A DNA stretch of 64,000 nucleotides from Patescibacteria group bacterium UBA2135 (lineage in GTDB: Bacteria; Patescibacteriota; Minisyncoccia; Phycocordibacterales; UBA2135). The notes below the pieces were generated by a model. It searched no databases. It saw only the letters and a list, made by a program, of their open reading frames with translations, and was not told the origin of the DNA. Shown here in pieces: positions 1 to 8,079 of the stretch. The stretch is from assembly GCA_002327685.1 (NCBI GenBank), contig DCXN01000003.1:6981-70980 (forward strand), written 5' to 3'. Each line of letters starts with the position of its first letter. Positions within the stretch are counted from its first letter, which is position 1. The position numbers and the translations under genes were made by a program.

Positions 1-153
1 CGGAACTATCCCAAAACAATAGAGTTTGCACGAAAAATAATGCTCCTTTGTAGGCTGCCAGAAGAATCCGAAATCAAAGACGAGATATTCGGCAAGCTCT
101 CACAACCACTACAAGAGCTTCTTCAAGAAGTGATTGCCAAGTGGCGACCATAA
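1..153 (+). CDS. C-terminal fragment of an unknown protein, truncated by the window start
   Basis: Open frame 1 runs from the window start to a TAA at 151-153 (...QELLQEVIAKWRP*). An intrinsic terminator follows. Confidence 0.4.
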   Translation, partial: RNYPKTIEFARKIMLLCRLPEESEIKDEIFGKLSQPLQELLQEVIAKWRP

Positions 154-183
154 TCTACTCTTGCCAACAGTCCACAAAACAAA

Positions 184-216
184 GGCGTCCTCACAACCAC
201 GAGGACGTTTTTTTAC
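184..216 (+). terminator. Rho-independent terminator
   Basis: Hairpin CGTCCTC-N8-GAGGACG followed by TTTTTTT. Confidence 0.6.
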
Positions 217-235
217 ACCCCCCCCTTTTTTTTCT

Positions 236-301
236 CCGCAAGGCCCGGCCTTACATGGGGATAACCTGTTGATAAACTACCCCGCAAGGCCGGGCCTTGC
301 G
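236..301. repeat. REP-like element, family 1 (copy 1)
   Basis: CCGCAAGGCCCGGCCTTAC-ATGGGGATAACCTGTTGATAAACTACCCC-GCAAGGCCGGGCCTTGCG: two inverted arms around the palindromic core AAGGCCCGGCCTT. About 10 copies occur in the window. Confidence 0.8.
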
Positions 302-314
302 AATCAATAAACTT

Positions 315-360
315 TTACAAAAAAGGCTGCCACACAGACACCGTGTCTGTGTGGCAGCCA
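315..360 (-). terminator. Rho-independent terminator for the 392-991 gene
   Basis: Perfect 17-bp stem GGCTGCCACACAGACAC/GTGTCTGTGTGGCAGCC preceded by an A6 run (T-run on the minus strand). Confidence 0.7.
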
Positions 361-391
361 ATGAAACGCGTAGTCTTTAGCCCGTCGAAAC

Positions 392-991
392 CTAACCATT
401 AAGACAACGTTGCTCAAAATATTCCAGTCCAGCAGGCGCAAACTTTCCTTCGCGTGCATCAAATCTCATCATGGAAGAAAATGCGTTTTCGAAGAACCTT
501 GGATCGTGGTGTTTCTCAGCAATCTTACGTCGCCGATCTGAATCTGCAAAAATCGCAATCGGCAAAACATGAAGATCAACAAGTGGCATCTCGAGCAAAT
601 CTCGGATGTCAAGATCATTTCTCGAAAACCCAAACCATCCCTCAGAGAGCCGTGTAAGATTATCTCTAAGGAATGCGTTACTAGAATCTCCCGTCAGGCC
701 TTTAGTGAATTCAACCGATAGAACGTTCGAGTAGAATCCCCTATCAAAGACCATGAGATCAATGTCACCCACCTCGTCGGAATCGTTCGATTTGGCAGTA
801 GAGCCAAAAAGGATGATTTCCACAATACTCGGATCCAGTGCTTCGGTATCCTTATTTTTCATCGCCGACATTATGGAAAGAGTGCCCATAATGGTTTGAT
901 TTGTTGCGGAGGTTCTTTCGACTTGCCGTGAACCAGAGAGAATGAGCTGGGCAATTTTTTCTGCCCATTCAAGAGCTTCCGTACGTTTCAT
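392..991 (-). CDS. Minimal nucleotidyltransferase (Pol-beta superfamily)
   Basis: Motif ILFGSTAKSNDSDEVGDIDLMVF matches the G[GS]-x9-13-DxD signature of nucleotidyltransferases, and a third acidic cluster lies downstream. 199 aa. Confidence 0.6.
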   Translation of the reverse strand: MKRTEALEWAEKIAQLILSGSRQVERTSATNQTIMGTLSIMSAMKNKDTEALDPSIVEIILFGSTAKSNDSDEVGDIDLMVFDRGFYSNVLSVEFTKGLTGDSSNAFLRDNLTRLSEGWFGFSRNDLDIRDLLEMPLVDLHVLPIAIFADSDRRRKIAEKHHDPRFFENAFSSMMRFDAREGKFAPAGLEYFEQRCLNG

Positions 992-1117
992 GGTATTAAC
1001 CTCTCAGCTTTGTTCGTTTTCGGAAAATAAAGCTAACTCCAACTACATTATACACGATAATAAGTATTTGTCAAGAGGCGCCACAGCCTAGACATCAAAC
1101 CCCTATCTCCTACCACC

Positions 1118-1190
1118 CCTCCCTCCAAAACACACCAAATCACCACCAAACACCCTAAAGCCCCAAAATGCCCCGCATTTGGGGGTTTCA
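1118..1190. repeat. C/A-rich ~75-bp intergenic repeat (copy 1)
   Basis: Contains CAAAACACACCAAATCACC ... AAAATGCCCCGCATTTGGGGGTTTC. A near-identical copy is at 12038-12112. Confidence 0.6.
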
Positions 1191-1217
1191 TCTAAAAAAA
1201 CAACGAAAATCCTTAAC

Positions 1218-1853
1218 CTATATCACCCCCATCTTATCCACCAAAACCTCATGCGGATAGTCAAAAACGTCCCGAATAAATTTATCATATACACTTTTCC
1301 TATAGAGAAAATCATCTGTTTTAAGCACTGAATATTGCAATTCCCGCCCTATTTCAGACTCCAAATTCTTAAGAGATACCTTAATAATCCGATGTTTAAG
1401 ATGATCCCCCACCACAAGAACATCAATACGTCCGCGATTTTCAGTCCGCTCAAGCTCATCAACAAATATCCCAGATACCACAAGCAATTTCAATCTCCCA
1501 ACTTTTTTAAAACGATTAACAATATTTTCTTTCTGAAATGAATCACTATTCAAAAGAATATGCCGCAATGGCTCAATATATTGAAAATTCTCATCCAAAA
1601 CCCAGCCACGAACCTTTCGCTTCACAACCTTCTCCCCGCTTTTTGTTTTCTTTACCACTTCTTTAACAAAATTCTTTCGTTTTATGAGCCCAAGACTATG
1701 AATATATGCAAGTTCACGTCTCGTAGTATCAGCAAGTACTTGTGTGCGCATTCGCACATCTTTCGTCTCAAACGACACACCCGGATTAAACAAAAACAGC
1801 CGCATTATTTTCACATACGCAGTACTCCCAAATAATTTAGTAAGAATATCCAT
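1218..1853 (-). CDS. Winged-HTH domain protein, possible antitoxin or regulator partner of the downstream nucleotidyltransferase
   Basis: N-terminal LFGSTAYVKIMRLFLFNPG...RRELAYIHSLGLI resembles an ArsR/PadR-type wHTH. 211 aa. It sits directly upstream, on the same strand, of the nucleotidyltransferase gene. Confidence 0.5.
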   Translation of the reverse strand: MDILTKLFGSTAYVKIMRLFLFNPGVSFETKDVRMRTQVLADTTRRELAYIHSLGLIKRKNFVKEVVKKTKSGEKVVKRKVRGWVLDENFQYIEPLRHILLNSDSFQKENIVNRFKKVGRLKLLVVSGIFVDELERTENRGRIDVLVVGDHLKHRIIKVSLKNLESEIGRELQYSVLKTDDFLYRKSVYDKFIRDVFDYPHEVLVDKMGVI

Positions 1854-1893
1854 GATAGATTTTTAACGAGCGTAGCGAGTATAAAAATCATCA
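1854..1893. promoter_or_regulatory. Duplicated 5' leader/promoter-proximal sequence (copy 1 of 2)
   Basis: GATAGATTTTTAACGAGCGTAGCGAGTATAAAAATCATCA immediately upstream of the start codon. The identical sequence precedes the rplJ start at 4559-4590. Confidence 0.5.
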
Positions 1894-2000
1894 AAATATA
1901 ATCACTTCGCTCATTATTTTATCAATTGTACCACCATTAAAACACCTGCCAACTTGACAACCCACAAAGCTCTCCCTCCCAACACCGTCCCACCCCCCCC

Positions 2001-2063
2001 GCCGCAAGGCCCGGCCTTACATGGGGATAAGTTGTGGAAAACCTACCCCGCAAGGCCGGGCAT
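2001..2063. repeat. REP-like element, family 1 (copy 2)
   Basis: CCGCAAGGCCCGGCCTTACATGGGGATAAGTTGTGGAAAACCTACCCCGCAAGGCCGGGCATT. Confidence 0.75.
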
Positions 2064-2140
2064 TAAAGAGAAACTTACAGATTTTTCACCACCACGCAAA
2101 AGAGCCCCTCTTAACTAGAGGGGCCCTTCACACAGAACAG

Positions 2141-2569
2141 TTATACTCCATACTTCTGCACCAACGCTAAGAATTTTTTTAATTCTTGCAACAGTTCGTT
2201 AAGAGGAACTTCCTTAAAAAGCACGACACGGCTTGCTCCGTCAAAATCTCCTTCATATTCATACCCAAGACGCCTATTAAGACTTTTCTGAAATTCCACG
2301 GAATGCGTTAAGAACGCATCACGGCCATAATACGAGGCAAGCAAGCGAATCCAGATTTCAGCGACACCTTGTCTTATTTTCTCGCCATCATGCCTCACCT
2401 CAAAAGTATCCACAGGGAGAGTCCATTTCTTAGGGAAAGAAGAAGGAATAAGAAACGTTGCTTCTCCGTCACCTCCGTTACGTTCAACACATAAACCCAC
2501 GGACTGAACAATACCTTCAAATGTAGAAAAATATGACATCCTTTCCATCACACACCTCTTCCATGCCAA
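2141..2569 (-). CDS. Hypothetical protein
   Basis: 142-aa ORF with mixed composition and no recognisable motif. Flanked by REP copies. Confidence 0.4.
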   Translation of the reverse strand: MAWKRCVMERMSYFSTFEGIVQSVGLCVERNGGDGEATFLIPSSFPKKWTLPVDTFEVRHDGEKIRQGVAEIWIRLLASYYGRDAFLTHSVEFQKSLNRRLGYEYEGDFDGASRVVLFKEVPLNELLQELKKFLALVQKYGV

Positions 2570-2775
2570 TTATTAACTTTCTAAAATAACCATAACACCA
2601 TAACGCACTGAAAGAAAGGAAACAATAGCCCCACACCGCCGCCGCAGGGAAAAACGAGTTAAGCACAGAGAATTATATCTTGTATACCAACTTCACGAAC
2701 AGAGAAGTTAAAATTGAACAAGAAAAGAAAAGCCACTCAACCGAGAAGGTCAAGTGGCTACTAATCAAGAGTTGA

Positions 2776-3240
2776 TCAAGCAACGGAAGCGTCGTTTTCT
2801 TGTTGAATTTTTTCGGCCAAAATGGCGCGCACTCCTTCGGGCTCCTGCATAAATTGCTTGAAAAGCTCATCCGCCGCTTGTCTATGTTGATCTTCTTCCG
2901 ATAACTGCTGCATCCTGGTTCGCTTCAGAGAGTCGTCAATAGACTGCAGCACTTCAATCAACGGCGTTCTGAGCTTAGCTCTCGGAACATCTTTCGCGTC
3001 CACGCCAAGAGCTTTGAGCATCCAGCGCAAGTTGAGCTGATGTCCACGATAACGCATTTCAGAGATTGTCTGAGACACGAAAAACATTCCGCTGAATGGT
3101 CCATCTCCTCCAGTATCCTCAATAATCTTATTACACAAAGCAATGCATTCATCACAGATATGCACTGCCGGACCAGCAATGAGCTTATGGACTTCATGCT
3201 GACTTTTACCGCAGAATGAACAATCTAAGGCTTTAGGCAT
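2776..3240 (-). CDS. Standalone ClpX-type zinc-binding (ZB) domain protein
   Basis: N-terminus [40 protein letters not shown] closely matches the ClpX N-terminal C4 zinc-finger, but there is no AAA+ domain (155 aa). Start adjusted to ATG 3238-3240, which has an AGGGAG RBS 8 nt upstream. Confidence 0.6.
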   Translation of the reverse strand: MPKALDCSFCGKSQHEVHKLIAGPAVHICDECIALCNKIIEDTGGDGPFSGMFFVSQTISEMRYRGHQLNLRWMLKALGVDAKDVPRAKLRTPLIEVLQSIDDSLKRTRMQQLSEEDQHRQAADELFKQFMQEPEGVRAILAEKIQQENDASVA

Positions 3241-3357
3241 ATCAAAACTCCCTTTGAACAACAAACGATAGAGTCCTAATCTATTGCTATTGTAACATAA
3301 ATAAAACTAATGTCAACAAGATATGTACACAAAATATTCCTAAAACACCCTAAACCG

Positions 3358-3426
3358 CCGCCGCAAGGCCCGGCCTTACATGGGGATAACCTGTGCATAA
3401 ACCACCCCGCAAGGCCGGGCCTTGCG
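3358..3426. repeat. REP-like element, family 1 (copy 3)
   Basis: CCGCCGCAAGGCCCGGCCTTACATGGGGATAACCTGTGCATAAACCACCCCGCAAGGCCGGGCCTTGCG. Confidence 0.8.
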
Positions 3427-3499
3427 TAAGCTCCTCGCATGCCACACACAAAAAGCCCCTACAAAAGGGACTTTCCGCTCAAACCACTCAAAAAAACAA

Positions 3500-3940
3500 T
3501 TACTTCAACTCAACCTTCCCCCCTGCCTCTTCAATCTTCTTTTTCATATCTTCCGCGTCTTCCTTCTTCACCCCTTCCTTAAGCATAGCCGGCACACCAT
3601 CAACAAGATCTTTCGCATCCTTAAGCCCAAGACCAAGTATCTCTTTTACAGCTTTGATAACCTGTATTTTTTGTTCTCCGCTAGAAGTAAGCTCAACATT
3701 AAATACAGATTTCTCCTCCGCCGCTCCACCAACATCTCCACCTGCAGGAGCAGCAGCAACAGCCGCAACAGCTTGCGCCGACACGCCAAATTTCTTTTCC
3801 AAAACCTTAACCAATTCAGAAAGATCAAGAACACTCATTTTCTCAATCTCCTCAACTAATTTCTTAAATTTTTCAGGAACCTCTACAACCTCGTCCTGCT
3901 GTGATTCCTCTTTAGATTCAGATTTCGTTTCTTCAACCAT
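3500..3940 (-). CDS. rplL: 50S ribosomal protein L7/L12
   Basis: Ala/Glu-rich hinge and the C-terminal domain [29 protein letters not shown]...GGKVELK. Confidence 0.9.
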   Translation of the reverse strand: MVEETKSESKEESQQDEVVEVPEKFKKLVEEIEKMSVLDLSELVKVLEKKFGVSAQAVAAVAAAPAGGDVGGAAEEKSVFNVELTSSGEQKIQVIKAVKEILGLGLKDAKDLVDGVPAMLKEGVKKEDAEDMKKKIEEAGGKVELK

Positions 3941-3945
3941 GTTAC

Positions 3946-4027
3946 TAGGCTCTAGATTTTAGGCTCTAGGCTCTAGGAAAGAATCCGTGTTCCGTCCTAA
4001 AGCCTAATGCCTAATGCCTAATGCCTT
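3946..4027. repeat. Short tandem repeats in the rplJ-rplL spacer
   Basis: GGCTCTAG x3 followed by GCCTAATG x3. Confidence 0.5.
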
Positions 4028-4036
4028 TGTTAATTA

Positions 4037-4558
4037 TTAATTCTTCGCCTCCGCGACCTGGTGCAACACACTCACAAACGACTGCGTCATCCCATTTAAC
4101 ACCTGAACAGTCTGCTGAACAGGCGCGTTTATAACCATAACAAATTGCCCAAGAAGAACTTCTCGAGAAGGTATCTTCGCAAGAGCAACAACCTCTTCTT
4201 TCCTCAAATACCTTTTTTCAAGAATACCACCCACAGCCGATACCGCATTTTCAAATTTCTTCTGAAATTCCGCGATACCCTTTGCCGGCAAAACCATATC
4301 CTCACCATAAGCAAGCGCAATTTCTCCCTCAAGCTCCGGCAAATCCCCTTCCATCTCAGCATCTTGAAGTACTCGCTTAAGCAATGTTTTCTTCACTACA
4401 ACATACGAAACCCCCTCCTTACGAAGCGCGCTCCGCATTTCACTTGCGTCAGTTACAGACAACCCATGAAAATTAACAAACACAACAGAGTTCGCATTCT
4501 CCACTACATCAGCAGCCTGTTTGACGATTTCTTCTTTTTTCTGTTTTGTTAAAGCCAT
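4037..4558 (-). CDS. rplJ: 50S ribosomal protein L10
   Basis: MALTKQKKEEIVK...VVFVNFHGLSV...LKR signature of L10. Immediately upstream of rplL. Confidence 0.9.
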   Translation of the reverse strand: MALTKQKKEEIVKQAADVVENANSVVFVNFHGLSVTDASEMRSALRKEGVSYVVVKKTLLKRVLQDAEMEGDLPELEGEIALAYGEDMVLPAKGIAEFQKKFENAVSAVGGILEKRYLRKEEVVALAKIPSREVLLGQFVMVINAPVQQTVQVLNGMTQSFVSVLHQVAEAKN

Positions 4559-4586
4559 GATAGATTTTTAACGAGCGCAGCGAGTA

Positions 4587-4900
4587 TAAAAATCATCACC
4601 CCCTCACTCGAAAATTAATTGGAAATGCTTCTTTTTATTCTCCTCTTTAAACTAATAAGAGCCCCCGCTCTTCGCTTAATTTGCCGTTCTCTTTCACGAG
4701 CATCCTGTTCTGATTTATACGCTTCATAATACACAACATCAAATGGCTTTCTATTTTCTGTTGATGACACATTTCCATTATTATGTTCTTTCACTCTTTT
4801 CTGTAAATCACTGGTATATCCAAAATATAAATCTTTATCTTTCAATGATTGTAATGTGTAGAAAAAGAACATAATAATTAATTTTCGAGTGATGGGGGTT
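4587..4900. mobile_element. Small element bounded by 24-bp terminal inverted repeats and carrying a GIY-YIG nuclease gene
   Basis: Left end CACCCCCTCACTCGAAAATTAATT (4587-4610). Right end AATTAATTTTCGAGTGATGGGGGTT (4876-4900). The same inverted repeats bound the non-coding element at 26880-27034. Confidence 0.55.
4615..4872 (-). CDS. GIY-YIG nuclease superfamily protein
   Basis: FFFYTLQSLKDKDLYFGYTSDLQKRVKEHN matches the GIY-x10-YIG...R...E...N pattern. 85 aa. Confidence 0.7.
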   Translation of the reverse strand: MFFFYTLQSLKDKDLYFGYTSDLQKRVKEHNNGNVSSTENRKPFDVVYYEAYKSEQDARERERQIKRRAGALISLKRRIKRSISN

Positions 4901-5123
4901 AAGAATTAAAAAGAGTCCTTCAAACAAAGGACCGGAGAAACGCTAGCCAACAAAATGGCTAACGAACAATTTCGACCTCGGCAGGACTTCTCGCGAGCTA
5001 CGCTCACGCGCCTACTGTCTCCGATCTTAGATAAAGTAAGTATATTCAATTTAGCCCCCTTGTCAATGCTTCAAATACTTAAACTTTAAATATTTAAACT
5101 CTTCCGTCTTTAACAAGAAACCA

Positions 5124-5144
5124 GCCGCCAATAAATTGGCGGCC
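5124..5144 (-). terminator. Putative terminator hairpin
   Basis: GCCGCCAAT-AAA-TTGGCGGC, with a T-rich tract on the minus strand. Confidence 0.4.
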
Positions 5145-5197
5145 GATAAGCCCATATCCATTAACCCCACTTCTAGCCATCTTCTTAAAATGACCAA

Positions 5198-5413
5198 TTA
5201 AGCGCGGTGGCCATGAACCGGACATCCTGGCCAAAACCTGTGAACACTCGGACAAGTACATTTATACTTCTTCCCCATTCTCTTTGTTTCTTTCCTCATC
5301 CTTTTCTTCATTTTTTTTCTTAACTCTTTCTTCGCCTCCTTCAACTCTTCCCTCATCTTTTTCTTCGCTTCTTTATTCAACTTTTCACCTAGCGTTTGGA
5401 CACCCTTCGCCAT
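5198..5413 (-). CDS. Small Lys-rich protein with a C-terminal Cys/His cluster
   Basis: 71 aa. ...KYKCTCPSVHRFWPGCPVHGHRA. A duplicated 90-bp leader lies directly upstream. Confidence 0.4.
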   Translation of the reverse strand: MAKGVQTLGEKLNKEAKKKMREELKEAKKELRKKMKKRMRKETKRMGKKYKCTCPSVHRFWPGCPVHGHRA

Positions 5414-5503
5414 GATCTTACTCCTCTAGTCTTAGGTTTATGTGAACCAATCTGTCACCTATATAACACAACTTACAATTTAACACCAGCGTTGCAAGAA
5501 AAT
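5414..5503 (-). promoter_or_regulatory. Duplicated 90-bp 5' leader (copy 1)
   Basis: Identical to 5824-5913. Ends ...AGACTAGAGGAGTAAGAT(C/T)AT-ATG, with a GGAG RBS. Confidence 0.55.
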
Positions 5504-5625
5504 TACAAAAAAGCAGGCCGCCCGCTTCGCCACCACCCGCTCCGACGAGTCGGAGACGAGGCGAGAGGCAAGCAAACGACCCGTTACAAGACTTCTTCCC
5601 TATTCTCTTCATCTCTGTGTCTTTA

Positions 5626-5823
5626 TCAGATATCCATGTCATCAATCGACACCCTCATCCCCTCTGCCATTTTTTTATCCGCCTCTTCTTTCTCTTTTAC
5701 TTTAGCCAATTTACCACTATCCACCACCATGATCGAATTAATCCTATCAATCGTCTTCTCCATTTTCTCCATTTTTTTCTTTAATTCTGCCACTTGTACT
5801 TCAATCTCCTCCAAAGTCGACAT
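5626..5823 (-). CDS. Small coiled-coil protein
   Basis: 65 aa, charged heptad-like sequence. Preceded by the same 90-bp leader as the 5198-5413 gene. Confidence 0.4.
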   Translation of the reverse strand: MSTLEEIEVQVAELKKKMEKMEKTIDRINSIMVVDSGKLAKVKEKEEADKKMAEGMRVSIDDMDI

Positions 5824-5913
5824 AATCTTACTCCTCTAGTCTTAGGTTTATGTGAACCAATCTGTCACCTATATAACACAACTTACAATTTAACACCAGC
5901 GTTGCAAGAAAAA
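5824..5913 (-). promoter_or_regulatory. Duplicated 90-bp 5' leader (copy 2)
   Basis: Identical to 5414-5503. Confidence 0.55.
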
Positions 5914-5925
5914 AGGCAGACTACG

Positions 5926-5947
5926 AACAGTCTGCCCTCACATATCT
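5926..5947 (-). terminator. Rho-independent terminator
   Basis: GGCAGACT-ACGAAC-AGTCTGCC hairpin with a T6 run on the minus strand. Confidence 0.55.
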
Positions 5948-6285
5948 TTAGTCGAATGAATCTCAAATCCTTCATCCTGAACATCCTGAGCCCACCGCGT
6001 ATCTTTCCCAAGATACGGATTATGATCCTTACACACCCTATATTTCTCTAATTTTACACTTCCCTCACTTCCGCCACTTCGCAAATCACGTGATGCTGAC
6101 TTACCCGGCGGAATAAAAAAAACGGTAAATTGAGCTTTGTTTAAACATTTTTCTCCCGTATTCGTATGCGGACACTCGCAACAAATCTCCCGCAAAACCT
6201 TGCCCTTCCTAAATTTTCTAAACATCCTAAACTTTCTCAAAAAAGCAAACCAATTCCACAACATCAGCTTACCTCCTTTTTTCAA
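5938..6285 (-). CDS. Hypothetical protein (Cys-containing)
   Basis: 115-aa ORF containing CCECPH...C. Confidence 0.35.
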   Translation of the reverse strand: MKKGGKLMLWNWFAFLRKFRMFRKFRKGKVLREICCECPHTNTGEKCLNKAQFTVFFIPPGKSASRDLRSGGSEGSVKLEKYRVCKDHNPYLGKDTRWAQDVQDEGFEIHSTKDM

Positions 6286-6328
6286 ATCTCCAAACTAACC
6301 ACATCTTACCACCTTATCGCCGCGCTAT

Positions 6329-6397
6329 CGCCGCAAGGCCCGGCCTTACATGGGGATAAACTGTGGAAAACCTACCCCGCAAGGCCCGGCCTTGCGG
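6329..6397. repeat. REP-like element, family 1 (copy 4)
   Basis: CGCCGCAAGGCCCGGCCTTACATGGGGATAAACTGTGGAAAACCTACCCCGCAAGGCCCGGCCTTGCGG. Confidence 0.8.
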
Positions 6398-6720
6398 GTT
6401 TTTATATCCCACCCCTAAACACAAAATCACCTCATTTCCTAGAGCCTATTCACAATCTCGCCGCAAGTGAAAGAAATACTGCTCGCCGGCCAAAATCTCG
6501 AAATTCAGGCTGCAAATTATTCAAGACTCGTCGCCATATCTCGATATGCCTCCTCGTCTTTCATAATTTTCGCTCTGAATTTCGAAATTTATGGCTCGGC
6601 GCGAGATCGTAAACAGGCTCTAACGTCTCAAAATTAAAGCATCATTTTTTAAAAAACAATCCCGAAAATACATTATAAATTAAGGGTATTTTAGGAGCAT
6701 AAACAATCACCAAAAAACAC

Positions 6721-6749
6721 TTGACAAACAGATTTAACCATGATACACT
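6721..6749 (+). promoter_or_regulatory. Sigma70-like promoter (TTGACA-17-TACACT)
   Basis: TTGACAAACAGATTTAACCATGATACACT followed by RBS AGGAGG and ATG at 6794. A near-identical motif is at 14810-14838. Confidence 0.55.
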
Positions 6750-6793
6750 CTACATGGAGACTAGAACTTCACACTTGACTAGGAGGACATCAA

Positions 6794-7210
6794 ATGTCCA
6801 AAAAGGATGCGACGAAAGAAAGACAGCCCAGCGGTCCTTTCAGCGGACTCAGGTCTTGGCTACGTAAAGCCAAAACACCGGAGACCAGCCTAACAGCTAG
6901 CTCCCCAGAGAACCAGCCTGAAAAGCAACCGCCAGAGCTAGTCTTGACGCATCAAACCCATAAGCACAAACGGATCGGCTCGATCAGTGTATCGGTGCCA
7001 GTGCTCGCCAAAGGGAAAATTCTCACCCTTAACTCCCGCCAAGACAAGGGTCAGACACCATTGACTCGTGTCTTATTCAACGAGGTAGCAGGGATCGAGG
7101 GTATGATACTTCGACAGCACAGGGTTCAGATCAGAAGAGTCAAGGGTTCTCACTGGAACCAAATCTTTCCCGATGCAGAAAAAGTTATCCGTCAACATCT
7201 GACGGGCTAA
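6794..7210 (+). CDS. Hypothetical protein
   Basis: 138-aa ORF with a consensus RBS and promoter. Confidence 0.55.
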   Translation: MSKKDATKERQPSGPFSGLRSWLRKAKTPETSLTASSPENQPEKQPPELVLTHQTHKHKRIGSISVSVPVLAKGKILTLNSRQDKGQTPLTRVLFNEVAGIEGMILRQHRVQIRRVKGSHWNQIFPDAEKVIRQHLTG

Positions 7211-7272
7211 TACGCCCGTCACAAAACCAGCCGGCCCACACAGGGTCGGCTTTGTTTTTCACCCCCTCCCTC

Positions 7273-7341
7273 CGCCGCAAGGCCCGGCCTTACATGGGGA
7301 TAACTTGTTGATAAACTGCCCCGTAAGGCCGGGCCTTGCGG
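7273..7341. repeat. REP-like element, family 1 (copy 5)
   Basis: CCGCCGCAAGGCCCGGCCTTACATGGGGATAACTTGTTGATAAACTGCCCCGTAAGGCCGGGCCTTGCGG. Confidence 0.8.
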
Positions 7342-7378
7342 AAACAAAAACACGACCGAACCTTTTGGGTTCGATCGT
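7342..7378 (-). terminator. Rho-independent terminator for the 7401-7823 gene
   Basis: ACGACCGAACC-TTTT-GGGTTCGATCGT hairpin with a T-run on the minus strand. Confidence 0.55.
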
Positions 7379-7400
7379 ATAAAAATTGACACATATCTAT

Positions 7401-7823
7401 TCAGCCACCTGTATTCTCATCACCGTCACCTTGCGCCACAAAATGTTTCTCCGCACCACGACGTGTTACAAAAGCAAACATAAACGCGCCAACATAAAAA
7501 GAAAGAAGAAAGCCAATAATAAGCCAAAGTGGTGTTAAAGACCAAAACGAGATTTCAAAAAGGACTATCGCAAAAAGCATAAGAATGAAAATTTTGACGT
7601 GTGTATAAATCCAAGATTTTTTATGGCGAACTTGCGCCAATAGACCAAAAGCAAACGGGGTAATCAATATACCGATTACTCCAAGAGGTTCTATCGCAAA
7701 ATACATTCCGGTCATTCCGGAAGATTCTATACTTGTTACCGCCACAAAATACATTCTAGCTATCAAACCAAGACCCAAACTGCCCAACAATACCGGAAGT
7801 GTAGACCAGTTAATAATGCGCAT
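7401..7823 (-). CDS. Integral membrane protein
   Basis: 140 aa with four predicted transmembrane segments. Confidence 0.55.
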   Translation of the reverse strand: MRIINWSTLPVLLGSLGLGLIARMYFVAVTSIESSGMTGMYFAIEPLGVIGILITPFAFGLLAQVRHKKSWIYTHVKIFILMLFAIVLFEISFWSLTPLWLIIGFLLSFYVGAFMFAFVTRRGAEKHFVAQGDGDENTGG

Positions 7824-7955
7824 GATAATTTCCTTTCATATCTATTCGCATTTATTCACATTTCTGCGATAAACTCATGAGACTTATGTAACTTCTAAAA
7901 CTAAGTATCCCCAAAAACATTTTTTTGTCAACAGTCAACACACCACCCCACACCC

Positions 7956-8024
7956 CGCCGCAAGGCCCGGCCTTACATGGGGATAAGTTGTTGATAACCC
8001 ACCCCGCAAGGCCGGGCCTTGCGG
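7956..8024. repeat. REP-like element, family 1 (copy 6)
   Basis: CGCCGCAAGGCCCGGCCTTACATGGGGATAAGTTGTTGATAACCCACCCCGCAAGGCCGGGCCTTGCGG. Confidence 0.8.
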
Positions 8025-8079
8025 CATACCCAACCTTTCCCCCCCCACACAACACTGCTCTTACCTAACCACAGCCCAC

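Noticed and set aside
3393-3962. Plus-strand ORFs (189 and 145 aa) overlapping rplL, and similar antisense ORFs inside ftsK (27204-27908), the 45880-47808 gene (46283-47059, 47090-47713), the 21199-24822 gene and the GC-rich island
   Set aside because: They lie antisense to well-supported genes and have low-complexity or Ser/Thr/Arg-rich composition, consistent with shadow ORFs.
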